64,000 nt of DNA from Candidatus Eiseniibacteriota bacterium (GTDB lineage: Bacteria; Eisenbacteria; RBG-16-71-46). The notes below the pieces were generated by a model. It saw nothing but the letters and a program-made list of their open reading frames with translations. It searched no databases and was not told the DNA's origin. Positions 8,962 through 18,807 of this stretch are shown in pieces; positions within the stretch are counted from its first letter, which is position 1, and every line of letters starts with the position of its first letter. Both the position numbers and the translations under genes were made by a program. The stretch spans positions 2,240,001 through 2,304,000 of the forward strand of contig OY970178.1 in NCBI GenBank assembly GCA_963707915.1, given 5' to 3'.

Positions 8962-11571
8962 GTGCGTCCTGGCCGCCTGCTCGTCGTCTCCGTCACCCTG
9001 CTCGGTCTTGCCATCGCGGCCGGCCTCCACGTCCTGCGGCCCGGCGCCGGCGCGCGGCCTCCCGGCGAGGAAGAGCAGGGCGAGCGACGGCCGGGCGATT
9101 GGTGGGAGAACCAGCGCGCCTTCCCCGGCGCCAGCGTGAACCAGGCCGCCTTCGCCGCCGCGCGCGAGCAGGCGCAGTTCGATCGCGCCCGGGCCGCCCT
9201 CGCGACCAGCGCGGAGGGACTCGCCTGGACCCAGCTCGGCCCCTACAACATCGGCGGGCGGGTCACCGCGCTCGCCGTGGCCCCGGGCGGGACCACGATC
9301 TACCTGGGTTCGGCCAACGGCGGCGTGTTCAAGTCCACGAACTCGGGCGTGAACTGGGCCCCGGTGATGGACGGCTGGGGCTGGGAGCTGTTCTCGATCG
9401 GCGCGCTCGCCCTCGATCCGACCGATGCGAACGTGGTCTACGCCGGCACCGGCGAGGCCAACCACTCGGTGGACTCGTACGACGGCAACGGGCTGCTGCG
9501 CAGCAGCGACGGCGGACAGAGCTGGCAGTCGCTCGGCCTGCAGGCGACCGCGCGCATCGCCCGGGTCGCGGTGGACCCCTCCGACCGCGACCGCATCTTC
9601 GTGGCGGCGATGGGGACCCAGTTCTCGACCGGGCCCCATCGGGGCGTCTATCGCAGCGAGGACGGCGGGCAGAGCTGGAGCCAGGTGCTGTTCGTGAACG
9701 ACTCGACCGGCGCCTGCGACGTGGTGGTCAACCCCGCGCACCCCGAAACGGTCTACTGCGCCACGCTCGAGCGCGTGCGCCGCATGACCTACCGGCGCGC
9801 GCACGGGCCCGGAAGCGGCATCTGGCGCAGCGCGGACCACGGCACGACCTGGACGCGGCTCGCCGCCGGGTTGCCGACGCCCTCGGACAGCGTGGGGCGC
9901 ATCGCCCTCGCGCTGTGCGCCACCCGGCCGTCCGTCGTCTACGCCCAGATCGGCTCGGGTCCCGGGCTCGGCTGGGTCGGGCTCGGCCTGTACCGCAGCC
10001 TGGACGGCGGACAGACCTGGTCCCGGCGCGACACGGGCAGCGGCTTCCGCTACGCCTTCGGCGGCTTCTGCTGGTACTTCGGCGACGTGGCCGTGGACCC
10101 GAACAACGCGAACGTGGTGTACGCGCAGGGCGTGGGCCTGAAGCGCTCCACCGACGGCGGGCAGACGTTCGCGGACGTCACCCGGTCCGCCCACGTGGAC
10201 CAGCACGGCCTGTGGATCGACCCGTCGAACTCGAACCGCCTCTACCTGGGCAACGACGGCGGATTCTTCTCCTCGGTGAACGGGGCCGCGTCCTGGTCCA
10301 AGTCGGTGGACCTGCCGATCACGCAGTTCTACGCCGGCTGCGTCGACCCCTCGGACGTGAACCGCGTGGGCGGCGGCACGCAGGACAACGGCAGCATGCT
10401 GACGGCGTCCTCGCCCACGGGCTGGTACGAGATCGCGCCGGGCGGCGACGGGTTCACCGTGCTCATCGACCCGGCGGACCCGAACGTCGTGTTCTCCGAG
10501 TCGCAATACGGCAGCGGCGGCGCGGGGCCCTACCGCTCGACCCAGGGGGGCGGGGCCGGCGGCTTCGGCACGGGCATCAACGGTGGCGATCGATTCAACT
10601 GGTGCGCGCCGTTCGTCATGGACCCGACCGACCACGGCGTCCTGCTGTTCGCGAGCCACCGGGTCTACAAGAGCGCGGACAACGGCCTGACCTGGACCCC
10701 GGTGAGCGGCGACCTCACGTCGTTCCCGAACCCGCCCTCCGTGCTGGCCTACCACACCGTCTCGACCCTGGACATCTCTCCCGCCGACCCGCGGCACTAC
10801 TACGCGGGCACGGACGACGGCCGGGTCTGGCGGTCGGACGACGCGGGCGCCGCCTGGACGGAGGTCTCCGCCGGGCTCCCGCTCTACTGCGTCACCCGGG
10901 TGACGGCCGACCCGGTCACCCCGGAGGTCGTGTACGTGTGCCTCTCGGGCTTCGGCCAGGACCAGCACTCCCCCCACGTCTTCCGGAGCGCCGACCAGGG
11001 CGCCACCTGGTCCCCGATCGCCGGCGACCTGCCCGACGCCCCGGCGAACGACCTGGTCGTGGACCCCACCGATCCCAACACCCTGTTCCTCGCGACCGAC
11101 GTCGGGGTCTACGTCACTCGCAACCTGGGCGGCGCGTGGAGCCCGCTGGGACTGGGGATGCCGCTCCAGGCGGTCTTCGATCTGACGCTCCATTCGCCGT
11201 CCAACACGCTGGTTGCGGCGACGCACGGACGCTCGCAGTGGAAGATCAACGTCGGCGCGCTACCCGTTGCGGTGGGCCGCACTGCGCCGCCACAACGCAT
11301 CGCGTTGACCGCACCGGCGCCCAATCCCAGCCGGGGCGCGTCCCGCTTCGCGCTGGCGCTGCCGGCGGGCGGGACCACGGAAGTCACGGTCTACGACGCC
11401 GCGGGGCGGCGCGTCCGTGACCTGTACTCGGGGGTCGCGCCGCCGGGCTCCCTGCCTCTCGCCTGGGACGGATCCGACGCGCACGGCCATCGCGCGGGTG
11501 CCGGCGTCTACTTCGTCCGCGCGAGCGCGGCGGGCTCGGTGACGACGCGGAGACTCGTGCGGGTGGACTGA
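8962..11571 (+). CDS. Secreted BNR/Asp-box repeat (VPS10/xyloglucanase-like) protein with C-terminal FlgD-like sorting domain
   Basis: Many S-x-D-x-G-x-T/S-W boxes, 'GPYNIGGR', 'ATHGRSQW'; C-terminal 'PNPSR...VYDAAGRRVR...WDG...AGVYFVR'. Confidence 0.88.
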   Translation: MRPGRLLVVSVTLLGLAIAAGLHVLRPGAGARPPGEEEQGERRPGDWWENQRAFPGASVNQAAFAAAREQAQFDRARAALATSAEGLAWTQLGPYNIGGRVTALAVAPGGTTIYLGSANGGVFKSTNSGVNWAPVMDGWGWELFSIGALALDPTDANVVYAGTGEANHSVDSYDGNGLLRSSDGGQSWQSLGLQATARIARVAVDPSDRDRIFVAAMGTQFSTGPHRGVYRSEDGGQSWSQVLFVNDSTGACDVVVNPAHPETVYCATLERVRRMTYRRAHGPGSGIWRSADHGTTWTRLAAGLPTPSDSVGRIALALCATRPSVVYAQIGSGPGLGWVGLGLYRSLDGGQTWSRRDTGSGFRYAFGGFCWYFGDVAVDPNNANVVYAQGVGLKRSTDGGQTFADVTRSAHVDQHGLWIDPSNSNRLYLGNDGGFFSSVNGAASWSKSVDLPITQFYAGCVDPSDVNRVGGGTQDNGSMLTASSPTGWYEIAPGGDGFTVLIDPADPNVVFSESQYGSGGAGPYRSTQGGGAGGFGTGINGGDRFNWCAPFVMDPTDHGVLLFASHRVYKSADNGLTWTPVSGDLTSFPNPPSVLAYHTVSTLDISPADPRHYYAGTDDGRVWRSDDAGAAWTEVSAGLPLYCVTRVTADPVTPEVVYVCLSGFGQDQHSPHVFRSADQGATWSPIAGDLPDAPANDLVVDPTDPNTLFLATDVGVYVTRNLGGAWSPLGLGMPLQAVFDLTLHSPSNTLVAATHGRSQWKINVGALPVAVGRTAPPQRIALTAPAPNPSRGASRFALALPAGGTTEVTVYDAAGRRVRDLYSGVAPPGSLPLAWDGSDAHGHRAGAGVYFVRASAAGSVTTRRLVRVD

Positions 11572-11726
11572 TCCGCGCTCCCGGCGAGCGCTCGCAGCCG
11601 CCGGGCCCGAGGCGCTCGTCCCGGGCGCGACCTCATTCCGACCGCTCAGGACGCGGCCCGGAATATGCTTGGCTGTTACGGCCGCGTCAGCCGCGGACCA
11701 AACCGACCCTGCATCGAAATAAGGCT

Positions 11727-11754
11727 TTGAAAATGCGGTGCATCCTGCTATACC
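11727..11754 (+). promoter_or_regulatory. Putative sigma70 promoter of the HU gene
   Basis: TTGAAA-N16-TATACC with a TG extended -10, in an AT-enriched intergenic stretch. Confidence 0.5.
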
Positions 11755-11826
11755 ACCATCCGGCAGGGCACAACGGAGTGCCCGTCCGTTCCGCAACTCG
11801 TACCTTCGCAAGGAAAGGATGGAACC

Positions 11827-12117
11827 ATGGCGAAGATGATGACCAAGTCCCAGGTGTCCGCCCACATCGCCGACAAGTTCGAGCTCACCAAGAAGACCGG
11901 CACGGCGATCCTCGAAGAGCTGGCGATGCTGGCCGGCAAGGAAGCCAAGAAGAACGGCTTCGTGTTCCCCGGCGTCGGCAAGCTGGTGGTGGTGAACCGC
12001 AAGGCGCGCATGGGCCGCAACCCGCAGACGGGCCAGCCCATCAAGATTCCGGCAAAGCGCGTCCTGAAGTTCCGGATCGCGAAGGCCATGAAGGAGCTCG
12101 CGCTCAAGGCGCGTTAG
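11827..12117 (+). CDS. hup: HU family DNA-binding protein
   Basis: 'MTKSQV...FPGVGKL...RKARMGRNPQTGQPIKIPAKRVLKF'; strong RBS. Confidence 0.95.
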   Translation: MAKMMTKSQVSAHIADKFELTKKTGTAILEELAMLAGKEAKKNGFVFPGVGKLVVVNRKARMGRNPQTGQPIKIPAKRVLKFRIAKAMKELALKAR

Positions 12118-12133
12118 TCCCTCGGCAGACCTT

Positions 12134-12170
12134 GCGAAGGCCCCGGGCTCCCGAGACCGGGGCCTTTCGC
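12134..12170. terminator. Intrinsic terminator, probably bidirectional
   Basis: AAGGCCCCGG/CCGGGGCCTT stem between convergent genes. Confidence 0.75.
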
Positions 12171-12184
12171 TTGCGCGCAGGGCG

Positions 12185-13504
12185 CTACGCGGCCTCACGC
12201 AGCGGCGGCCCGGGCGACCGCACGACCGCGGCCGGGCGCTCGGACGCCCGCAGCCGCGCCTCGAGCCGGCGGCGCTCCGAGACGTCGGTGGCCACGCCGA
12301 CCACGCCGACGACCCGGCCCTCGCCGTCCCGCCGCGGCGTGTAGCGCGTCTCGAAGGCGAGGTCGCCCACCTCGACCAGCGTGGTGAAGTCCTCGCCCGC
12401 CAGCGCGCGCCGCAGGGCGGCCACGATCTCCGGCTGGTCGCGGTAGAACTCGAACGCCGACAGGCCCACGACCTGGCCGGGCGCGAGCCCGAGGTTCGTG
12501 AGTGCCGAGCCCTCCGAGAGCCGGAAGATCCCGTCGCGGTCCACGGCGAACAACACGACCGGCGCGTTCGATACCACCGCCTGCAGGTCCTCCTCGACGC
12601 GGCGCACCGACGGGAGCCCGCTCAGGTCCTGTGTCACCACGAGCACCTCCTCGATCCGCCCCTCGGGCTCGCGGATGGGGAGCGCGCTCACGTAGAGCCG
12701 GTGTCCCGGCCCGCCGCCCTCGCGCACGAACTCCTGGTGCACGGGCCGGCCGAGGTGGAGCGCGCGGGTGACCGGACAGCCGACGTCCGGGACGGGCCCG
12801 GCCGGCCGGCCGAAGCGCGCCCACACCTCCCCGCAGTCCCGCCCGACCCAGTTCGAGCCGTCGTCCAGCGGGAAGCGTGACGTCAGCGCGCGGCTCACCC
12901 AGCGCACGATGTGGGTGGGGTCCACGGTGAACACGTAGGTGTCGGCCTGGTTCACGACCGCCGCGAACTTCTGGCGTTCCCGCTCGAGCACGCGCATCTG
13001 CTGGTCGAACCGCTGGAACCAGCGGTCGCTGCGGTCCTTCGCCGAACGGGAGCGGACCGCCTCCTGGTGATGCGCGATCTGCCGCGCGATGAGCGAGCCC
13101 GCGCTCGCGCAGCGTTCGCCCGCGCCCGGCGGTCCGGCGAAGCACACCACCGCGAGCGTGTGGCCGTGGTCGACGAGCGGCAGGACCGCGGGCACGACCC
13201 CGTTCGCCAGCCCGCTCGGGAACGGCATGGTGACCGGCGCGTCCTGCACGAGGGACTCGAGCGCCAGGCCGCGCAGGTGCGGGCGGAAACGCAGCCGCAT
13301 GGCCTCGTCCGCGGGGACCCAGAACTCCGCTTCCGTGTCCTTCCCGCTGACCAGGAACAGCACGACCGCCTCCGCCTCGGAGAGCTCCGCGAAGAACCGC
13401 GCGGCGTGGACGGAGACCTCCTCGACCGTCTCCGAGGCGAGGACCGGCCCCAGCAGCTCGAGCGCCCGCTCGAAGTCCCGGACCCGGTCGATGCGCGTGG
13501 CCAC
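12185..13504 (-). CDS. Tandem PAS-domain protein without a transmitter domain
   Basis: Two PAS/PAC units ('VLVVTQDLS', 'APVVLFAVDRDGIFRLSEG...GVATDVSERR'); ends after a coiled coil. Confidence 0.75.
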   Translation of the reverse strand: MATRIDRVRDFERALELLGPVLASETVEEVSVHAARFFAELSEAEAVVLFLVSGKDTEAEFWVPADEAMRLRFRPHLRGLALESLVQDAPVTMPFPSGLANGVVPAVLPLVDHGHTLAVVCFAGPPGAGERCASAGSLIARQIAHHQEAVRSRSAKDRSDRWFQRFDQQMRVLERERQKFAAVVNQADTYVFTVDPTHIVRWVSRALTSRFPLDDGSNWVGRDCGEVWARFGRPAGPVPDVGCPVTRALHLGRPVHQEFVREGGGPGHRLYVSALPIREPEGRIEEVLVVTQDLSGLPSVRRVEEDLQAVVSNAPVVLFAVDRDGIFRLSEGSALTNLGLAPGQVVGLSAFEFYRDQPEIVAALRRALAGEDFTTLVEVGDLAFETRYTPRRDGEGRVVGVVGVATDVSERRRLEARLRASERPAAVVRSPGPPLREAA

Positions 13505-13514
13505 GGCCGTGCCC

Positions 13515-13982
13515 TCAGGCCCCCGGCCGCGCGGCGTAGTAGCCCGCCAGCCAGTCGGCCACGGCCTGGATCTCGAGCACCGCCGCCTCGTCGAAGGCCG
13601 AGAGCTCGTGGCTGTCGATGTCGATCTGCGCGTGGATCACGTCGCCGGAACGGATCAGCACGACCAGCTCGGAGCGGGTCTGGGTGCTGCAGGCGAGGTA
13701 GTTCTCGACCTGGCTCACGTCGGGGATGTTGAGGTTGCGCCGCTCCGCGACCGCCGTGCCGCAGATGCCCTGGCCGTAGCCGATGAAGACGTGTTCCGTG
13801 GCCGCGCCGAGGAACGGCCCCAGGCGCAGCGTGCCGTCCTCGAACAACTCGTAGATGCCGGTCCAGTGGAAGCGCCGGTCCATCGCGTGCACGCCGGCGA
13901 CGGCGGCCTCGAGCACGTGCTCGAACGGCGCGGAGGCGGCGGCCATCGCAGTGAGCCGTGCGATCAAGGGTTCGACCGCCAT
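13515..13982 (-). CDS. msrC: GAF-domain protein, free methionine-R-sulfoxide reductase-like
   Basis: 'WTGIY', 'LGPF', 'GQGICG', 'YLAC..TRSELVV', 'IDIDS'. Confidence 0.8.
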   Translation of the reverse strand: MAVEPLIARLTAMAAASAPFEHVLEAAVAGVHAMDRRFHWTGIYELFEDGTLRLGPFLGAATEHVFIGYGQGICGTAVAERRNLNIPDVSQVENYLACSTQTRSELVVLIRSGDVIHAQIDIDSHELSAFDEAAVLEIQAVADWLAGYYAARPGA

Positions 13983-14219
13983 GGTGGACCCCCGGAGGGA
14001 ATGGGTGGACCCGACGTGGGAGGGGACGAGGGGGTCCCGGCACACTTCCAGCAGGGTATCGGCCCCCGGGGGCCCCGCCTTGAGGAACATCGGTCCGCGC
14101 AGGACGCGCTGCCCGCGGGCTCCGCGCGGCGGGCGGGGCCCGGGGCCGCGGACCGCCCGGGCGCCGTGCCGCGCCTTTGCGCCGCTCCGCCGGCTCTGTC
14201 ACCATGCCGGTCACCTCCC

Positions 14220-15155
14220 ATGGACGGCATCCGCATCGAGTCCCTGACCAAGACCTATCGCGCCGGACAGGTGCGCGCGCTCGACGGTGTCTCGCTCGAG
14301 ATCGCGCCCGGTGAGGTGTTCGGCATCATCGGACCCAACGGCGCCGGCAAGACCACCCTGCTCGGCTGCCTGCTGGGCTTCCTGCGGCCCGACTCCGGGC
14401 GCGTCAGCATCGCAGGGCGTGAACCCGACGATCTCGCCATCCGGGCGGTGACCGGCTACCTGCCGGAGCGCCTCACGCTCGACCGCTGGATGACCGGACT
14501 CGACTTCCTCGCCTATCACCACGCGCTCGCCCGCCTGCCCGCCGCCGGACGCACGACCGATGCGCAGGCCGCGCTCGCGCGCGTCGGCCTCGACCCCGAG
14601 GCCGGACACCGCTCCATCCGGCGCTACTCGCGCGGCATGCTGCAGCGCCTCGGCCTCGCCCAGGCGCTGCTCGGCCGGCCACGCTACGTGTTCCTCGACG
14701 AGCCCGCCTCGGGCGTCGACCCGGCGGGCGTCGTGCTCTTCCGCCGCCTGCTCGATGAAGTGAGGGCGGACGGCACGACCGTGGTGCTCAACTCGCACCA
14801 GTTGGACCAGGTCGAACGCGTGTGCGACCGCGTGGCGTTCGTCAAGCAGGGACGCATCGAGGCACTGGAGACGTTGCACGCCGGCGCGGCCCTGGCGCGC
14901 GTGTTGCGCGTGCGCGGCCCGGCCGGTGCGGCCACGCCGCGCGAAGCGCTCGAGCAGGCGGCGCGGCAGGCAGGCGCCGGGCTGCTCGACGTGTCCCCGC
15001 CGCTCGCGCGCTTCGCGGTGCCCGACGACGCCGGTGCGGTGCGTCTGGTGCAGGCGCTGGTCGCGGCCGGCGTGCCCGTGGCCGAGGTCACCCCCGAGGA
15101 GGGCAGGCTCGAGCGCCTGTTCCTCGAGGGCGCGCCTCCGGGAGGGCCGGCGTGA
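14220..15155 (+). CDS. ABC transporter ATP-binding protein
   Basis: Walker A GPNGAGKT, signature YSRGM, Walker B FLDEP. Confidence 0.92.
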   Translation: MDGIRIESLTKTYRAGQVRALDGVSLEIAPGEVFGIIGPNGAGKTTLLGCLLGFLRPDSGRVSIAGREPDDLAIRAVTGYLPERLTLDRWMTGLDFLAYHHALARLPAAGRTTDAQAALARVGLDPEAGHRSIRRYSRGMLQRLGLAQALLGRPRYVFLDEPASGVDPAGVVLFRRLLDEVRADGTTVVLNSHQLDQVERVCDRVAFVKQGRIEALETLHAGAALARVLRVRGPAGAATPREALEQAARQAGAGLLDVSPPLARFAVPDDAGAVRLVQALVAAGVPVAEVTPEEGRLERLFLEGAPPGGPA

Positions 15156-15868
15156 ACCCCACCCTCGTCCTCGCCACGCTGCGGCAGCGCTTCACCAGCC
15201 CCATTCGGCTCGTCATCGTGCTGCTGTTCGGCTGGATGCCGATGCTCCCGCTCCTGCTCGCGCCGCGCGCCGGGTTCGCCGTGCTCGGCGACGGCTACTT
15301 CATCGCGCTGGCGCTGGCCGCCGGCATGATCGGCCAGGACCTCTCCTCGGGCACGCTGCAGCTGCTGCTGGCGCGGCCGGTGACGCGGGCCCAGTACGTC
15401 TTCAGCCGCTGGGCCGCCGTCGCCGCCGGGACCTTCGCGATCGCCGTGCTGCAGGCGATCGTCGCGGCGCTCATCATGGCGCTGCGCGGCGTCCCGGTGC
15501 CGTGGGACCAGGCCGCGCGGTTCCTGGCGAACGACGCCCTGCTGGCGCTCGGCACCGCCGCCGTCATGGCGTTGCTCTCGTCGTTGGCCGCGGGGATCGG
15601 CGACCTGGGACTGCTGTTCACGATCTTCCTCTCGGCGCAGGTGCTGCAGAAGGTGGGCGAGCTCAAGTCGTGGGACTGGCTCGCGCGCGGCGCCGCGGAG
15701 GTGCTGAGCGCACTCAAGCCGGAGATCGACCTGGCGCCGCTCTTCCAAGGCGGCGAGGTCGGCTGGCTCGCGGTGGTGTCCTATCTCTCGACCGTGGCGC
15801 TCTGCCTCGGACTCGCCGTGGTGGTGATGAACCGCCGGGAGCTGTCCTATGCCTCCTCCGGGAGCTGA
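15152..15868 (+). CDS. ABC-2 type transporter permease
   Basis: Multi-TM protein with 'SSGTLQLLLARPVTR'; GTGA overlap with the ATPase gene. Confidence 0.85.
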   Translation: MNPTLVLATLRQRFTSPIRLVIVLLFGWMPMLPLLLAPRAGFAVLGDGYFIALALAAGMIGQDLSSGTLQLLLARPVTRAQYVFSRWAAVAAGTFAIAVLQAIVAALIMALRGVPVPWDQAARFLANDALLALGTAAVMALLSSLAAGIGDLGLLFTIFLSAQVLQKVGELKSWDWLARGAAEVLSALKPEIDLAPLFQGGEVGWLAVVSYLSTVALCLGLAVVVMNRRELSYASSGS

Positions 15869-16436
15869 CCGGGCGGACGCCGTGCCTCCGCGCCGCGCGA
15901 GCTCGACCCGGCGCGACCCGGCGCTGCTGCTCGCCGTCGCCGCGCTGCTGCTGGTGCTGCGCATCGCCGGCGGCATCCACGACGCGCGCCGGAACGCGCC
16001 CGCGCCCGGGGGCGCGCCGTCGGGCGCCGACGCGGTGCGGTGGCGTACGCTCGCGGCGGGCGTCGCGGAATCCCGCGCGACCGGCCGGCCCATCCTCTAC
16101 GACTTCACCGCCGAGTGGTGCCCGCCGTGCCGGGCGATGCAGCGCCAGGTCTTCGCGGACCCGGAGGCCGTGGCGGAGATCGAGAGCCGGTTCGTGCCGG
16201 TGCGCGTGCTCGACCGCCAGCGCGAGGCGGGGCGCAACACCCCCTGGGTGGACTCGCTCCAGGCGCGCTACCGGGTGAGCTCGTTCCCGACGCTGGTCGT
16301 GGCCGGCGCAGACGGCCGCGAGGCATTGCGCCTCGAGGGCTTCATGGGGCGCGATCTCACCCTGGGACAACTGCGCGGCACGGGCGTGAGCCTGCGCTGG
16401 GGCGTGACCGGGCAGGCAGCGCCGGCCGGCCGCTGA
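15849..16436 (+). CDS. Exported thioredoxin family protein
   Basis: N-terminal hydrophobic anchor, 'FTAEWCPPC', cis-Pro 'FPT'; start uncertain. Confidence 0.85.
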   Translation: MPPPGADRADAVPPRRASSTRRDPALLLAVAALLLVLRIAGGIHDARRNAPAPGGAPSGADAVRWRTLAAGVAESRATGRPILYDFTAEWCPPCRAMQRQVFADPEAVAEIESRFVPVRVLDRQREAGRNTPWVDSLQARYRVSSFPTLVVAGADGREALRLEGFMGRDLTLGQLRGTGVSLRWGVTGQAAPAGR

Positions 16437-16496
16437 GGCTCGCGCCAAGGGGGGCGCGGCCGAAGCCACGCCCCCCGGGACATCGACGGCGGACGA

Positions 16497-18608
16497 TCAG
16501 CGGGGAGCGGCGCCCGGCGCCCCGCCCAGCTGCTTCCACAGGAACGTGTAGGCCAGCGCCGCCATGAACGCGCGCTGCGTGTTGTTCGCCGCGCCCGCGT
16601 GCCCGCCCTCGACGTTCTCGTAGTAGAGCACGTCGTGCCCCTGCTCCTTCATCCGCGCCACCATCTTGCGCGCGTGGCCCGGGTGCACGCGGTCGTCGCG
16701 CGTCGAGCTGGTGAACAGCGTGCGCGGGTACTTCACGCCCGGCTTCACGTTCTGGTACGGCGACCAGGTGCGGATGAACTTCCACTGCGCCGGGTCGTCC
16801 GGGTCCCCGTACTCGCCCATCCACGACGCCCCGGCCAGCAGCTTGTGGTAGCGCCTCATGTCGAGCAGGGGCGCCTGGCAGACGACCGCCCCGAACAGGT
16901 CGGGGCGCATGGTCAGCATGTTGCCCACCAGCAGCCCGCCGTTGGAGCCACCGATGCAGCCCAGCCGCTTCGGCGTCGCCACGCCGCGCCGGATCAGGTC
17001 CTCGGCCACCGCGATGAAGTCCTCGTAGACCCGGTGGCGGTCGGCCTTCACGCCGGCCTGGTGCCACCGCGGGCCGAACTCGCCGCCACCGCGGATGTTC
17101 GCCACCACCAGCACGCCGCCGCGCTCGAGCCAGCCGGCGCCGCGCGTGCCGTTGTAGGCCGGCAGTTCGGAGACCTCGAAGCCGCCGTACCCGGTGAGCA
17201 GCACCGGCGCGGTCCCCCTGCCGTCCGCCTTCGCCGGCCCGACCTCGAAGTACGGGATCCGCGTGCCGTCCTTCGAGACCGCCTCGTGCTGGCTGACCGT
17301 GTCGCGGCTGGCGTCGAAGAACGCCGGGCTCTGCTTGAGCTTCTCGGCCGGGCCTCCGCCGACGGTACCCAGCGACAGGCTGCCCGGGGTGAGGAAGTCG
17401 GTGATCGTCAGCCAGAAGTCGTCGGACTCGCGCGGATCGACCGGCGAGACGCCGATGCTCCCGTACTCCGGGAGCCCCGGCAGCGCGGAGCGCGACCAGG
17501 CCCCGTCCGCGTGACGCACCGCGTAGACCCGGCTGCGGACGTTGTCGAGCACCTCGAGCAGGACCGCGCTCCGGGTGGTCGACCAGCCGTCGAGCGAGCT
17601 GCGCTCGGTGGGCGCGAACAGGACGTCGAACTCGCGCTTGCCGCCCAGGAAGTCCTCGAAGCGGGTCGCGAGGAGCGCGCCCGACGGATAGGTCCTTCCG
17701 CCCACGCTCCAGTCGGTGCGCAGCTTGATGATCAGCCACTCGCGGAAGGCCCCCGCCTCGGCATCGTCCGGCTTCTCGATCCGGATCAGACGCCCGTCGC
17801 GGCGCAGGAACTGCTCGTTCGTGTAGGTGGTGATCCCGCGGTAGACGAAGTCACGCTCGAACCCGGGCGTGTCGTCGTGCCCCGCGCCGACGCCCACGTC
17901 GCCGGGCTGGCCCTCGTACACCAGGGTGGCGGCCGAGAGCGGGGTGCCGCGCCGCCATTCCTTCACGACCCGTGCGTAGCCCGACGTCGTCATGGTGGAG
18001 GAGTCGAAGGCGAAGCCGACGTAAAGGCGGTCCGGGTCGATCCACGAGGCGTCGCTCTTGGACTCGGGGAGCGCGAAGCCGTCCGGCACGAAGGCGCCGG
18101 TCACGAGGTCGAACTCGCGCACCGCGGTGGCGTCGGCGCCGCCGCGCGACAGGCGGACCAGGCAGCGGCGGTACTCGGGCGCGACCGCCGAGGCCCCCTC
18201 CCAGACCCAGTTCTGGCCCTCGGCCTTCGCCAGGGAGTCCACGTCGATCACGGTCTCCCACGCCGGCGCGGCCTTGCGGTACTCGTCGAGCGTGGTGCGG
18301 CGCCAGATGCCGCGCTCGTGCTGCGAGTCGCGCCAGAAGTTGTAGTGGCGGGCACCGATCTTCTCGACGGCGGGGATGCGGGCGTCGGAGTTCAGGATGG
18401 CCAGGAAGCGCGCGTCCATCGCCTTGAACTCCGCCGAGCCAGCCAGTTCGCCCACGCTCTCCTGGTTCTGGCGGGCCACCCAGTCGAGCGCCTTCTTCCC
18501 GGTCACCTCCTCGAGCCAGAGTCCGGGATCGGCGGCCGGCGCGGCGACCGCCGTCCCCAGCGGAAGCAGCGAGGCCAGCATGGACAGCACCACGAGCTTC
18601 ATCACCAT
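16497..18608 (-). CDS. Prolyl oligopeptidase (S9A) with signal peptide
   Basis: 'GYGGF', 'NIRGGGE', 'GGSNGGLL', 'DDRVHP', 'GGH' catalytic triad motifs. Confidence 0.95.
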   Translation of the reverse strand: MVMKLVVLSMLASLLPLGTAVAAPAADPGLWLEEVTGKKALDWVARQNQESVGELAGSAEFKAMDARFLAILNSDARIPAVEKIGARHYNFWRDSQHERGIWRRTTLDEYRKAAPAWETVIDVDSLAKAEGQNWVWEGASAVAPEYRRCLVRLSRGGADATAVREFDLVTGAFVPDGFALPESKSDASWIDPDRLYVGFAFDSSTMTTSGYARVVKEWRRGTPLSAATLVYEGQPGDVGVGAGHDDTPGFERDFVYRGITTYTNEQFLRRDGRLIRIEKPDDAEAGAFREWLIIKLRTDWSVGGRTYPSGALLATRFEDFLGGKREFDVLFAPTERSSLDGWSTTRSAVLLEVLDNVRSRVYAVRHADGAWSRSALPGLPEYGSIGVSPVDPRESDDFWLTITDFLTPGSLSLGTVGGGPAEKLKQSPAFFDASRDTVSQHEAVSKDGTRIPYFEVGPAKADGRGTAPVLLTGYGGFEVSELPAYNGTRGAGWLERGGVLVVANIRGGGEFGPRWHQAGVKADRHRVYEDFIAVAEDLIRRGVATPKRLGCIGGSNGGLLVGNMLTMRPDLFGAVVCQAPLLDMRRYHKLLAGASWMGEYGDPDDPAQWKFIRTWSPYQNVKPGVKYPRTLFTSSTRDDRVHPGHARKMVARMKEQGHDVLYYENVEGGHAGAANNTQRAFMAALAYTFLWKQLGGAPGAAPR

Positions 18609-18807
18609 CGGAACCTCCGTTCGGGACGCGCCACGCGATCACGGTACGCACTCGGAATCCCGCGTCACCTTACCGGGGAACGGCGGTTCGCGCGAACCGC
18701 GTCGGTGGTCCCGGTGCCCGTGCGGGGCGGCGCGCACCGTCGCCGGGGGTTCCCGTCCCGGTGCCCGCGCGGGGCCGCGAGGTGGCCGCGTCCGCGACCG
18801 GCGCCGG

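Noticed and set aside
9240..11240. Periodic repeats within the BNR gene
   Set aside because: These are protein-level Asp-box repeats, not a CRISPR or DNA repeat array
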